A stretch of 64,000 nt of DNA from Vulcanimicrobiota bacterium (GTDB lineage: Bacteria; Vulcanimicrobiota; Xenobia; Xenobiales; QWHO01). Position 1 is the first letter of the stretch. Each line of letters begins with the position of its first letter. Positions 45,259 to 55,600 of the stretch are shown piece by piece. The stretch spans positions 2,731-66,730 of the forward strand of contig JBDHVW010000040.1 of the NCBI GenBank assembly GCA_039809865.1. Reading direction: 5' to 3'. The notes beneath the pieces were generated by a model. That model was not told where the DNA came from. It did not search any database and saw nothing but the letters and a program-made list of their open reading frames with translations. Position numbers and translations under genes: made by a program.

Positions 45259-48200
45259 TCAGATGTTCCCCTGCACAGATGATCCGGTGTCGCCGAGATG
45301 GTCGCTCAAGCGAGCCTCACGCACTCCGTAGAGTCCAGCGTAGGCCACCGGCTCGGCCGCCAAACAGGACCACGCCTCAGCATAGCTGGCCACCTGTCCC
45401 GCATAGCGCTCGACCAGCTCCTCGAGGCTCTTGCGGTCCGTCTTGTAATCGATGATCTCCCAGCCTTCCTCGCCCTCGAGGGCCACGTCGATGACGCCGA
45501 AGAGCAGCCTGTCGGCCACTTTCCTTCCGAACGGAACCTCCACCAGCCGTCGTCCTGCCTGCATCGCTCTGGTCCAAAACTCACTGGCCTTGACGGTTTC
45601 GACCGTGTCCAGCGCCAGCGGGATCAATTCGGCCAGTTCGGGCACCTCAAAGGTAAACCAGCGGGCCAGACGTTCGAGCTCGTCGCGGCCAAGCTCGGGG
45701 CGGCGGACCTGGTGCTCGAGCAAGCGGTGGATCAGCTCGCCCCACTCGGCGCCCGAATCCTGACGCTCGCTCTGCAGCACCTGTTCGGGAACCGGGACGG
45801 ACCAGACCTCGAGCTTTTGGCCGTCGTTTCTGGCTGTGACCGAGGTTCTCGACCAGGTTGGCTGGCGCGAGGCCTCTCGCGCCGCTTCCCAGTCCGGAAG
45901 CTCCAGGGATTCCTCCGGAGTCGCAGGCCCTACCTCTTGATCCAAATGGGGAAGATCTTCGCTCAGAAAGCGGTCGAAGGGCAGCCAGGGACGCTGCGCC
46001 CTGCCGTCGGTCCCGCTCCATTGACCCACCACCAGGACCTCGCGAGCCCGGGTCGCTGCCACGTAGAGCAAGCGAATCCGTTCGGCTTCCAGATAGCCTC
46101 TCTCGGCCTGTTCGTGGGCATCCCAGTCGGCCGGCCGGGCAAAGACCTGAACCTGGCCCTGAATGGAGAGGTAACCCCTGGCCCCGCCCTCGTCCCGCAC
46201 GATGCGCTGGTCCACGCGCACGGGGAAGCCCCCGGTGGGTGAGGCCAGAAACACGACCCGGGCCTCCAGACCTTTGGCCTGATGCAGGTTCATCAAGCGC
46301 ACCACGTCGGAACGACCGCAATCCAGAGCCAGCGGCTGCTCCAAGCGCGCCAATGTGAGCGTACGCAGCGCTTCGGAGAGTGTGACCCCGTCCTGGCTCA
46401 GCAGACGCACCTGGTCGGCCACCTGTAGGAGCTCGGAGGTTCCCCCTCCGCGCGAGGCGGCCAACGCGACCAGTCCGGTCTTCTCCAGCACCCGTTCCAC
46501 GGCCGCTCCCATCGGAAGCCTTCTCACGAGCTCACGATAGTCTTGCAGCGCCGCAAGAGCCCGACACACCTCCGTCTCGCCGGTCTCGGAACCGAGGAAG
46601 AAGCTTCCTCCTGCGTGCCGGTGACGAAAGAGCGTGTCGTCATCCAGGCCGAAAAGCGGCCCGCGCAAGACTCCCACCACCGAAACCTCGTCCTGAGGAT
46701 CGCCCAGAACGGCCAGAAGCTCGAGCAGCGCGTCAACCAGCTCTTCCTCGCGCGCGTGGCCTCCGGTCACCTCGTGGGGAATTCCCCGCGCCGCCAGAGC
46801 CTGCGCGTACAGGCCCAGATGCTCCCGCTTCCAGGTAAGGAGCATGAAATCGCCCGGCTTATAGGCGGACCCGTCGATCCAGGCCGCGATGCGCTCGGCC
46901 TCGCACGCGGCAGCCTCGGTATAACGCTGACAGGTCTCGACATTGCGCCACACGGAGGCCGGGCCTTCCTCCACCGGCTCGAGAGGCGAGAAGGCGGCCT
47001 GCTCGTGAGTCGGCTCGGCAGGAAGCAGCTGGCCGAACACCTCGTTGGTCCACTGGCACAGGCCGGGACGGGAGCGAAAGGAAGTCGACAGGGCGATCAC
47101 CTCGTCCATGCGCTCCCGCACGAGATTGTAGGTCTCGATATCAGCGCGCCGGAAGCGGTAAATGGACTGTTTGGGGTCCCCTACGATGAAAAGGGCGCCG
47201 GGGCGAAGTTCCAGCTGGCTCCAGTCGCCCGCCTTCTGACCCGCCCTCGCGGCCAGGTAGAACAGCACCTCGGCCTGGATGGGGTCGGTGTCCTGGAACT
47301 CGTCCACGAAGAGCCAGCGGAAGCGATTCTGGAGCTTCTCGCGCACTTCCCCATTCTCACGCAGCAAAGCGGCAGCGGTGGTGAGAAGGTCGTTGAAATT
47401 GAGCAGTCCGCGGCGCCGGCGCTCGGAGGCGTAGACCTCGCGAACCCGGTTGAGAAGCGCCAGGCTTACGCCGTACAGATAGGCGCGCCAGTCCGTCAGG
47501 AACCTGAGGGCCACGCTCTGCCGAAACGGCTCGAGCAGCGCCCGGACCTCTTCGGTGTGGGCACGCTTCTCGTCTAGCTTGCCGCCCGGCCACCACTTGA
47601 AGACGAACTTGAGCTCGCTCTCCCAGAATCGCAAGAGAGTCAGCAAGTTGAACTGGGAACGCTCGGCGTAGCGGAGCTTCCGCAAGAACTGGTCGCAACG
47701 CTCCAGGACCTTGCAGGTGACTTCACGGGGAACTTCTCGGGGCATCAGCGGCTCCAGGTCGGACGCGAGCTTTAGAGCCGCATCCCACACCGGCGCCGGA
47801 TCGGGTCGGTCCATGGCCGGCGCCTCGAAACGGACCTCGCCGTTGTCACAGACGATCCGCAGCGCCTCGAGCAGGTCGGCGGGCCGCGACCCGGACTCTC
47901 CCAGTTCGCGAGCGGCGCGCACGCCCTCGGGATGCTCCAGGCAACGACGAAAGAAGTGAACGCGCAGAGCGGTGTCCTCGGCGTCGTCCGTCTCGCGGAA
48001 GCCGGGAGAGATACCGGCCTCCACCGGATATTCTCGCACCAGCCGACCACAGAACGAATGCACCGTCCCCAGGAACATGCGGTCCAGGTCGCGCAGCGCC
48101 GCGGCCAGGTTGGGGGAAGGCTCGAGCCGATGGGCCTCCTCGAGAGCGAGTTGCAGACGACCCCGCAACTCGGAGGCCGCCTTGCGCGTGAAAGTGACAG

Positions 48201-48360
48201 CCGCCATGTCCTGAACCAGGAAGAGACCGGTCCGAAGTCCGGCCACCATCCGCGAGGACAGGCTGTGGGTCTTGCCGGAACCGGCGGGAGCCTCCACGAT
48301 GAGGTTCCGGTCCAGCCGAGTCCGAATGGCGTCGCGCGCCGCCTGGTCCGGAAGCTTCAC
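45259..48360 (-). CDS. addA: AddA/RecB-like UvrD helicase with C-terminal PD-(D/E)XK nuclease
   Basis: APAGSGKT, VDEFQDT, VGDPKQSIYRFR, HQAKGLE, LLYVAATRA and GVID...IIDYKT. GTG start at 48360. Confidence 0.85.
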   Translation of the reverse strand: MKLPDQAARDAIRTRLDRNLIVEAPAGSGKTHSLSSRMVAGLRTGLFLVQDMAAVTFTRKAASELRGRLQLALEEAHRLEPSPNLAAALRDLDRMFLGTVHSFCGRLVREYPVEAGISPGFRETDDAEDTALRVHFFRRCLEHPEGVRAARELGESGSRPADLLEALRIVCDNGEVRFEAPAMDRPDPAPVWDAALKLASDLEPLMPREVPREVTCKVLERCDQFLRKLRYAERSQFNLLTLLRFWESELKFVFKWWPGGKLDEKRAHTEEVRALLEPFRQSVALRFLTDWRAYLYGVSLALLNRVREVYASERRRRGLLNFNDLLTTAAALLRENGEVREKLQNRFRWLFVDEFQDTDPIQAEVLFYLAARAGQKAGDWSQLELRPGALFIVGDPKQSIYRFRRADIETYNLVRERMDEVIALSTSFRSRPGLCQWTNEVFGQLLPAEPTHEQAAFSPLEPVEEGPASVWRNVETCQRYTEAAACEAERIAAWIDGSAYKPGDFMLLTWKREHLGLYAQALAARGIPHEVTGGHAREEELVDALLELLAVLGDPQDEVSVVGVLRGPLFGLDDDTLFRHRHAGGSFFLGSETGETEVCRALAALQDYRELVRRLPMGAAVERVLEKTGLVALAASRGGGTSELLQVADQVRLLSQDGVTLSEALRTLTLARLEQPLALDCGRSDVVRLMNLHQAKGLEARVVFLASPTGGFPVRVDQRIVRDEGGARGYLSIQGQVQVFARPADWDAHEQAERGYLEAERIRLLYVAATRAREVLVVGQWSGTDGRAQRPWLPFDRFLSEDLPHLDQEVGPATPEESLELPDWEAAREASRQPTWSRTSVTARNDGQKLEVWSVPVPEQVLQSERQDSGAEWGELIHRLLEHQVRRPELGRDELERLARWFTFEVPELAELIPLALDTVETVKASEFWTRAMQAGRRLVEVPFGRKVADRLLFGVIDVALEGEEGWEIIDYKTDRKSLEELVERYAGQVASYAEAWSCLAAEPVAYAGLYGVREARLSDHLGDTGSSVQGNI

Positions 48361-51236
48361 GGGATCTGGGATGCGCGACGCCGGTAATCGAGCATCTGGT
48401 TCTCGGGTTGGGCCAGCTTGGCCCGCGAGGCGTCTCGGGTGTTGACCCGGCAAGCGGATTTGTAGTCGCAGTAGAGGCAGTCCGTGGCGGGGTCTTCCGT
48501 GTGAAGGAAGGCGCCGGACGTAAGGGGTTCGAGAATATCGTTCAGCAGCGCGGTCAGGGCCGTCTTGCTCGGGTAGGGCAGCTCGACGCGGCCCTGCTGC
48601 GAGTGGGCCGCGGGAAAGTAGTAAGAGCTGCCGCGGACCTTCTCGCCGGACAAGATCTCGACCACCAGGGCATAAACAGCGTGTTGCAGCACCCGGCCGC
48701 CCTGAAAGATGGCCCCGCGCGGCGCCTTGTGCTTGCGGCCGGTCTTGTAGTCGACGACTTCGAGTCCGTCGGGCAGGCGGTCGATGCGGTCGATCCTGCC
48801 GCGCACCTGGAGTGTCCATCCTCCCAGCTCGAGAGTTACTGGCTCGACCCGGGCCAGGGGCTCGTCCGAGGTGTCTTCCTGGCCGAAGGCAACCTCGAAG
48901 CCGATAGGCTGGCGGTCTCCCTGACCCGCTTCGAGGCTGAGGAAATTCTCCAGGTCGCGGCGGAGTTGACGCGTTTCCTGGCGGGCCACGGCCTCGCCGG
49001 GCGGTGGTACGGACCTGCGAAGCTCCAGCAAAGCGGCTTCCAGAAGGCTCATCAGACGGGGTTTGTCGCGGTCGGGAACGACGGTCCATCCGCGCAGGCG
49101 CAATTCGCGGTAGAACGTTGCGAACAGATCGTGCAGCAGGGTTCCGCGGGCGGCCGGATCCAGCCACTGATCGGGATCGGGACGCTCCAGGTCGAGGGGG
49201 CGAAGCCGGAGACCCCGCTCCAGGAAGAAGCGAAATGGACAGGCGGCCAGGCCCTCCAGGCGGCTGACCGAGATGGGCTCGCCGGTCTTCCTCGGGTCCA
49301 GCAGCTCGCGCGCCGAGGGGACCAGACCGTCATAGCCGGTGAAGCGATCCGAGAGCCGCTCGTTTCGGGCTGCAATCCCGGCCGCCAGGAACGGAAACCG
49401 GGCCAGCACGGGCCCCTTTCGAGCCAACCACCACTCCATCTCGCCCGCTCCCTGCGGATGAGGATAGCCGGCCGGCTCCCCCAACCACTCTCGCAGCTCG
49501 TGGAAATCCTTCAGGGGCCGGACGGCGCGGGCTGCCTCGAAGAGGAGCCAGGAAGGCAGTAGCTCCCCTCCGGTGCGCAGGTCGCGCGCGCTGAAGCTGT
49601 AGGTAACCTGCCCGGTCAAGCCCGCCAGCCGCTCGCGGACCGTGAAGAGCCGTTCCTGACTCCGGTCGTCGGACCGCGCCAATCCCGGATGCAGAGCGGC
49701 TCGTTCGGTATCCGAGAGCACGGCGTCCTCAGGCTGGCTTCCGGCCAGGCGGCCTTCTTCCATGGCGATCAGGAAAGTGTGAGGACGTCCGGTCAGGCCC
49801 ACCCGGTCGAGATGGGTAACGTGGATATAGCCGGGCAGGGCGCGCGAGCCGCCAAAGCTCAGAGCCTCGAGCTTCTGGCGCAGCCAGCGGACGGTTTCCT
49901 CCACGCTCAGACGCTCTCCCTGGAGCAAGAGCAGCTCGTCCATCGCGCGGAGAAGCCGCTGACGCGCGGCGCGGTCGTTTGGCGACGGGGTCGGCACGTC
50001 CGTCTCGAGGATGGACATCAATCCGCGCACCCAGGTGGCCCAGTCCGCGCTGTTCTCCGAATCGACCGGCAGCCTGCGGAGCAAACCCGCAATCCACCGG
50101 CCCAATCGCGTGATCCGCGCGCCCTGCTCGAGGTCTGGCTCCTCCTGGCTCCGGGCCCGTTGAGTCAACCAGGATTTCAGGTTCTCCAGGCGCAGTTGGT
50201 AGGTTTCGCGGCCCCAGGTCGCCGCCGAGCGCGCCAGCAGGTGACCGGCCGACCAGGCGGGCAGCTCGGGCGGCCGCAGAAGCTCGGACAAGAGAAGCTC
50301 GCGCAGGTCGAAAGCCGAGTAATCGTGCTCGATCCAGGTCAGAAGCCCGAGCAGGGCCTGGCCAGGCTTCGAGGCCGCCACGGGGAGTCCGGGCTCGAAC
50401 GTGGCGGGCAACTCGTAAGCGGCCAGCTTGTCCCGCAGCAATTCAAACGAATCGGGGTCGGCACTCGCGATCTCGACCTGGTCGAGAGGCAGGTCGCGGA
50501 TGCGGCGCAAGACCTCGAGGATCTCGGCATCGCGTCGCCCGGCGTGGAAAAAGCTCGTGTCGGCGGTCTCGGTTGCGATCGGGTGCCGTTGGGCGCCGGC
50601 CAGCCTTCGCGGCAGGGGCAAGTCGGGTGCGTGAGCGGGGATTTTGATGCCCGCGAGACCATCCAGGAACTGCCGCTCCAGCGGTGCCCAGAGGGTGGAC
50701 GGCAATTCGAGCACGAGGTCCTCGGGCTCGACCGTGGTGCTGCGGGCTTCCTGGTAGATGGTGGCCCGGTCGGCGATCTTTTGGCGGGTCAGATACTCCT
50801 CGTAGGCGCGGAGCAAGGCCGTCAGTTCGGACTTCTTGGGTTCGCGCAACACCTTGGAGAGCTGCTGGTAAGTGATTCCAGCCATCCGGCATTCTCGCAG
50901 CGTGGCCCAGAGCACCTCTGCCATTCCCGGTTGCTCGACAAGGTCTCGAAAGTAGGGTTTGGTGCGCGGCGGCAACTCGAGCAAGAGTTTGTGGACCAGG
51001 CTGGGTCCCAGTCCTTCGGGCTTGGGATTGAGTCCGCGCGCCAGGAGCTCGGGAGCGGCCGCTTCCAGGGCGAGCTCGAACGGAGTTGTAAAACGAAAGT
51101 TAGCCCAGTCCTGACCCTCGTGGAGAAGGCGCTCGGCCAGAGTCCATTTCAACGAGGCATAAGGAAGAAAAATCCATTTGGTGCGAGTTCGCTCGCTCCG
51201 TGCCAGTTCGGCCAACTGTCGAAGGAAGGGCTTCAC
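48357..51236 (-). CDS. addB: AddB-like protein with PD-(D/E)XK nuclease and four-Cys (Fe-S) motif
   Basis: SVSRLE..AACPFRFF, RGTLLH, GRIDRID...VVDYKTG and CLYCDYKSAC. Confidence 0.82.
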   Translation of the reverse strand: MKPFLRQLAELARSERTRTKWIFLPYASLKWTLAERLLHEGQDWANFRFTTPFELALEAAAPELLARGLNPKPEGLGPSLVHKLLLELPPRTKPYFRDLVEQPGMAEVLWATLRECRMAGITYQQLSKVLREPKKSELTALLRAYEEYLTRQKIADRATIYQEARSTTVEPEDLVLELPSTLWAPLERQFLDGLAGIKIPAHAPDLPLPRRLAGAQRHPIATETADTSFFHAGRRDAEILEVLRRIRDLPLDQVEIASADPDSFELLRDKLAAYELPATFEPGLPVAASKPGQALLGLLTWIEHDYSAFDLRELLLSELLRPPELPAWSAGHLLARSAATWGRETYQLRLENLKSWLTQRARSQEEPDLEQGARITRLGRWIAGLLRRLPVDSENSADWATWVRGLMSILETDVPTPSPNDRAARQRLLRAMDELLLLQGERLSVEETVRWLRQKLEALSFGGSRALPGYIHVTHLDRVGLTGRPHTFLIAMEEGRLAGSQPEDAVLSDTERAALHPGLARSDDRSQERLFTVRERLAGLTGQVTYSFSARDLRTGGELLPSWLLFEAARAVRPLKDFHELREWLGEPAGYPHPQGAGEMEWWLARKGPVLARFPFLAAGIAARNERLSDRFTGYDGLVPSARELLDPRKTGEPISVSRLEGLAACPFRFFLERGLRLRPLDLERPDPDQWLDPAARGTLLHDLFATFYRELRLRGWTVVPDRDKPRLMSLLEAALLELRRSVPPPGEAVARQETRQLRRDLENFLSLEAGQGDRQPIGFEVAFGQEDTSDEPLARVEPVTLELGGWTLQVRGRIDRIDRLPDGLEVVDYKTGRKHKAPRGAIFQGGRVLQHAVYALVVEILSGEKVRGSSYYFPAAHSQQGRVELPYPSKTALTALLNDILEPLTSGAFLHTEDPATDCLYCDYKSACRVNTRDASRAKLAQPENQMLDYRRRASQIP

Positions 51237-51390
51237 CAGACTTGAGTTTCTGAATTGCCCGCAAATTCCTTTGACGGCCAGCGCACATCGATCGAAATCG
51301 ACTGGCTTCGAGCCCTGAAGTCGGCGAGTTGCTTGGATTGCTCCTCACCTGGGCGGCCCGACTGCCGGCGCGAGGCCGGACACTCATGAA

Positions 51391-52011
51391 CTAGAGGTCC
51401 ACCACCAGAGGGGCGTTGGTGGGCTTGTAGCGCAGCGTGCAGATGCTGGCGTTGGCATAGATTGTGTGCTCGTCGCGGGCCAAGCCGTAGCTCTCGTGGA
51501 TATGGCCGAAGAGGTGCAGGCGGGGGCGGACCGCGCGCAGGCGGTCGCGCAGGTCTTCACAGCCGACAGCTCGCCCGTCGTAAGTGACGTCAAGTTGGCC
51601 GAGCGGTGGGCCGTGCGTGATCAGGACGTCGGTGTCGTCGGGGATTTGCGCCCAGATCGCCGCCAGCTTCGGACCTCGGTCGACGTTGAAGGCCCAATCG
51701 CAAAAGCGCGGCTGCCATGGGCTGCCGTAGATCTTGAGCCCCTCGAGCTCGAGCATCTCGTCTTGCAGATAATAGGCGTTCGTAAAGAGTTTGCGAGCGG
51801 ACGGGTCGTGTTCGAAACAAAAATCATGATTGCCCGCAATAACCACCTTGTGGCGGTGCGGTAATCTTCCCAGCCAGCCATTGAAATGCTCGACGTCAGG
51901 TAACTCGCCATGATTGGTCAAGTCACCGGCGTGCAGCAGGATGTCCCCGTCGGGAACCACCGGAATCTTGTGATGTCGGGCGTGGGTGTCGCTGAGGAGG
52001 ACCAGCCTCAC
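51391..52011 (-). CDS. Calcineurin-like metallophosphoesterase (239FB/MPPED-like)
   Basis: SDTH, HAGD, GNHD, ITHGPP and FGHIHE. Confidence 0.9.
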   Translation of the reverse strand: MRLVLLSDTHARHHKIPVVPDGDILLHAGDLTNHGELPDVEHFNGWLGRLPHRHKVVIAGNHDFCFEHDPSARKLFTNAYYLQDEMLELEGLKIYGSPWQPRFCDWAFNVDRGPKLAAIWAQIPDDTDVLITHGPPLGQLDVTYDGRAVGCEDLRDRLRAVRPRLHLFGHIHESYGLARDEHTIYANASICTLRYKPTNAPLVVDL

Positions 52012-52589
52012 CAGCGGGCTTCGACCGCGATGCCGATCTCGCCCACGTCGTCGAACGTGAGCAGGCGGGTCTCCAGGCCCTGCTTCTTGCAGACGTCCAG
52101 AAAGCGGTTCATCGGCTCGGGCAGCTTGAGCCCGCGCGTGAGCCAGCGCGACAGTCCGGAGCGCTGGCCCAGCTGCTCGCGCACCGTGCGCACCCACTTG
52201 AGAGCGGGACGCGAGGTGACGTCAGTCACACCCAGCTCGGCCAGCCAATCCTGGATGTTCCCGAAATTCACCGGGCCCAGTTTGCGGATATTGGGATAGG
52301 ACTCGTTGTCGGGCTCGGTCATGATGCGGCGCACCTCGTCCAGGATCGCCTGCCTCAGATCGTAGGTGCAGCCCACCACTTGAAAAACCAGCGCGTTGTC
52401 GTGACCACGCTCGGCGGCCTGACGCACCTTCTCGGGCAGCTCCTCGATGCCGACCTGGACCCAGGTGTGCAGGGCGTCCTCGGCCAGCTTCTCGCGACCC
52501 TGGGCCACCTTGCGCACCAGCGCGATCTTCTCGTGGAGCAGTTGATCCTTGGCTTTCTTGGCGCTCTGGCGCAGCTCGTCGACATCCAT
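52008..52589 (-). CDS. Hypothetical protein
   Basis: MDVDELRQSAKK... with typical codon bias. The stop overlaps the phosphoesterase GTG. Confidence 0.65.
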   Translation of the reverse strand: MDVDELRQSAKKAKDQLLHEKIALVRKVAQGREKLAEDALHTWVQVGIEELPEKVRQAAERGHDNALVFQVVGCTYDLRQAILDEVRRIMTEPDNESYPNIRKLGPVNFGNIQDWLAELGVTDVTSRPALKWVRTVREQLGQRSGLSRWLTRGLKLPEPMNRFLDVCKKQGLETRLLTFDDVGEIGIAVEARW

Positions 52590-52609
52590 CGACCTTCGAT
52601 TCGCTCTCT

Positions 52610-55600
52610 TCAGACGCGGTCCTCGCTCGCGAACACCTTCAACCCCATCGGACGCGCATCGCTCACCAGCAGGCAGCGATGATATCGGCCGGCGCGCTCC
52701 ACCAGGCCGTTCACGATGACCGCCCCCTCGCGCCCCACGATCAGCTTGAAGCGCTCGTAGACCGACGGCATCAGCACGCACTGCACCCGCTCGGTCTCAT
52801 CCTCGAGCAAGAGAAACATCACCCCCTTGGCCGTGGGCGGCCGCTGGCGCAACACCACCAGCCCTCCCACGCAAATGCTCTGCTTGTCCCGGGCCGCGTG
52901 CAGGTCGGCGATGGGACGCACCCCGCGCCGCTCCAACTCGGCCCGGTGCCGCGCCAGAGGATGGGCCTGCGGGCTGAAGCCCTGGGTGGAGTAGTCCCAG
53001 GTCATCGTGAGCTCGGCCGCCAGCGGCTGCAGCTCGGGCAGCAGGTGCGAGTCGGCCGGCTCCACCAGCAGCGGCAGCTGCTCGGGACCGCTCGGGCGGG
53101 CGCGCAGGCGCCGGCTGCGGGGGGCGCGCGGCCCGCCCGAGGGACCGCCCGGACGCAGGCGCGGCGCCTCCACGTAACCGCCCCCGGCCCGAGCCCGAAA
53201 CAGCCCCACGCGCCAGAGCGCGTCGCGCCGCTCCAGGCGCGCGTCGAAGGCGCCCGCGCGGGCCAGCGTCTCCCACAGGTCCACCGGCAGGTCGGCCCGT
53301 ACCAGGAGCTCGTCCAGCGAGCCCGCGCGCCGCTGGACGAAGCGGGTGGCCTGCTCGGGCGAGAAGCCGTTGACGGCCGTCAGCGGCAACCGGATGGCGG
53401 GCTCGCCCCGGTAGAGCTCCAACCGGTAGCGCACCCCCGAGCGCCAGGCGTCCACCGGCAAGATGCGGACGCCCATGTGGCGGATCTCCTCCAGCACCGT
53501 GCTGCGCGGGAAAAAGCCCGGCAGATGCTGGAGAAACGCGGCCATGTAGGCGGCCGGATGGTGCCGCTTGAGGTAGGCCGAGTGGAACACGGTGCGCGCG
53601 AACGCGGCCGCGTGCGAGCGGCAGAACCCGTAGCCCACGAACGCGCTGACCTGGCGGAACACCTCCTCGGCCAGCTCCAGCGAGACACCCTGCGTCTTCA
53701 TCGCCCCCTCCACGAAGCGGGTGCGCATGTTGCGCATGCAGCCCGGATCGCGGAACTTGCTCATCAGCCGGCGGAACTCGTCCGCCTCGTCGAGCGACAT
53801 GCCGGCGAACTGGTGGGAGATCTCCAGCACCTGCTCCTGGAACAGGATGACCCCGTAGGTGTCTTTCAGGATCGGCTCCATGCTCGGATGGGTGTACTCG
53901 ATCGGCTGATTGCCCGTGATCCGCTCCACGTAAGGATTGACCATCTTGCCCTGCAACGGACCGGGGCGAAACAGGGCCACCTGGGCCACCAGGTCGCGGA
54001 AGACCCGCGGCTGCGTGCGCGAGAGCAGGCTGATCTGCCCGGGGCTCTCGATCTGGAACAGACTGAGCGTCTTGCCGCTGCGGATCAGCTCGAACGAGGG
54101 CTCGTCGTCCAGAGTGAGGTCGTCGAGGGGGATCTCGGTGCCGTCGAAGGCCCGTTGCAGCTCCAGCGCCTCCGAGAGCACCGCCAGCATGCGCAGGCCC
54201 AGCACGTCGAACTTGATCAGCCCGAGCGCCTCGATGTCGTCCTTGTCGAACTGCAACTGGCGCACCCCGCCGGCCGAGGTCTGCACAGGCGAGAAACGGC
54301 TCAGCGGCTCGCGCGCCAGCACCACTCCCCCGCTGTGCAGCCCCAGGTGGCGCGGGCAGCCCAGGATGCGCTCCACCAGCTTCAGGACGGTGGCGATCGG
54401 CGCCTCCGCGCCGAGCACCTCGGCCAGCTCTCCCTGGCGCGCCTTGAGGTCGTCCAGGCCGTCCCACGGCCCGAGCAGGTGGCCGGTGCGGTCGACCTGC
54501 TCGGGCGTGAACCCCAGCACTTTGAGCATGTCGCGCAGGGCCAGCTTGAGGCGATAGGTGATCACGTTGGCGGTCATGGCGCTGTGCTCCACGCCGAAAC
54601 GCCGCTCCATCCAGGCGATGACCTCCTCGCGCCGCTCCGAGTCGAAGTCCACGTCGATGTCGGGCATGCCCTTGCGGCCGCGGTGCAGGAAGCGCTCGAA
54701 CAGCAGGTTGTGGGCCTGCGGATCGACCGCCGTGATGCCCAGCACGTAGGCGATGATCGAGTTGGCCGCCGAGCCGCGCCCGGCGCAGCGGATGCCCTGC
54801 GAGCGCGCGAAATCGACCACCTCGCGCACCACCAGAAAGAACTCCTCGAGCTGCAGGTCCTGCACGACCTTCAGCTCATGCTCGAGCTGCTGGCGCGCCT
54901 TCTCGCGCGAGTCGTAAGCCTGGCGTGCCTGGAGCACCTCGGCGGGCACCACGGGAGACACCAGAGGGTCGACGGTCGACAGTCGACAGTCGACAGAGGA
55001 AAGTTTCTTGGAAGCCTTGGGCGCGGGTTCGAGGTCCCACCCCAATCCGGGTGGGCCATAGGCCGCCATCGCCATGGGGGCCTGCCTTTGCAGCTGCGGT
55101 GCTGGCTCGCGGCTGATGCCGGCGCGGGCCGGCACGCCGGCCGGGTAGCGCTTGTCCCAGCCGGCATAGCAGAGCTCGCGCAGGTAGTCGGAGGGCTGGC
55201 GCCCCGCGGGCAGCTGGGCGGTGGGCGGGGTGATCTCCTCGGCCAGGAGCTCCATCTGGCAGCGCTCGGCCACCTCCAGCGTGCGCGCCAGCGCCTCCGG
55301 ATAGGGCACCCGGCGCGCCAGCTCGGCCGCGTCGCACAGGTAGGCGCTGTCGTTGACCGGACGCTCCGGATGCGGATCGCCCACGCTGATCCCCAGTCGC
55401 ACGCAGCTCAGCGCGTCATACACCGCGTAGTCGTCGGGCCCCGCGTAGCGTACCGCGTTGCTGGCCACGGTGGGCACCCCGGTGCGCTCGGAGAGACGCA
55501 CCAGCTGGCGCATCCCCTCGACGTCGCCGGGCTGCAGCCGGTTGGCCAGCTCCACGTAGAGGCGCCCGGGGAACAGCTCGCCCAGCCGCTCCAGCCACTC

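Noticed and set aside
21450-51390. Defence island as an integrative element with att sites
   Set aside because: No integrase, tRNA target or convincing flanking direct repeat was found; only a short aagtcgg match at the two ends.
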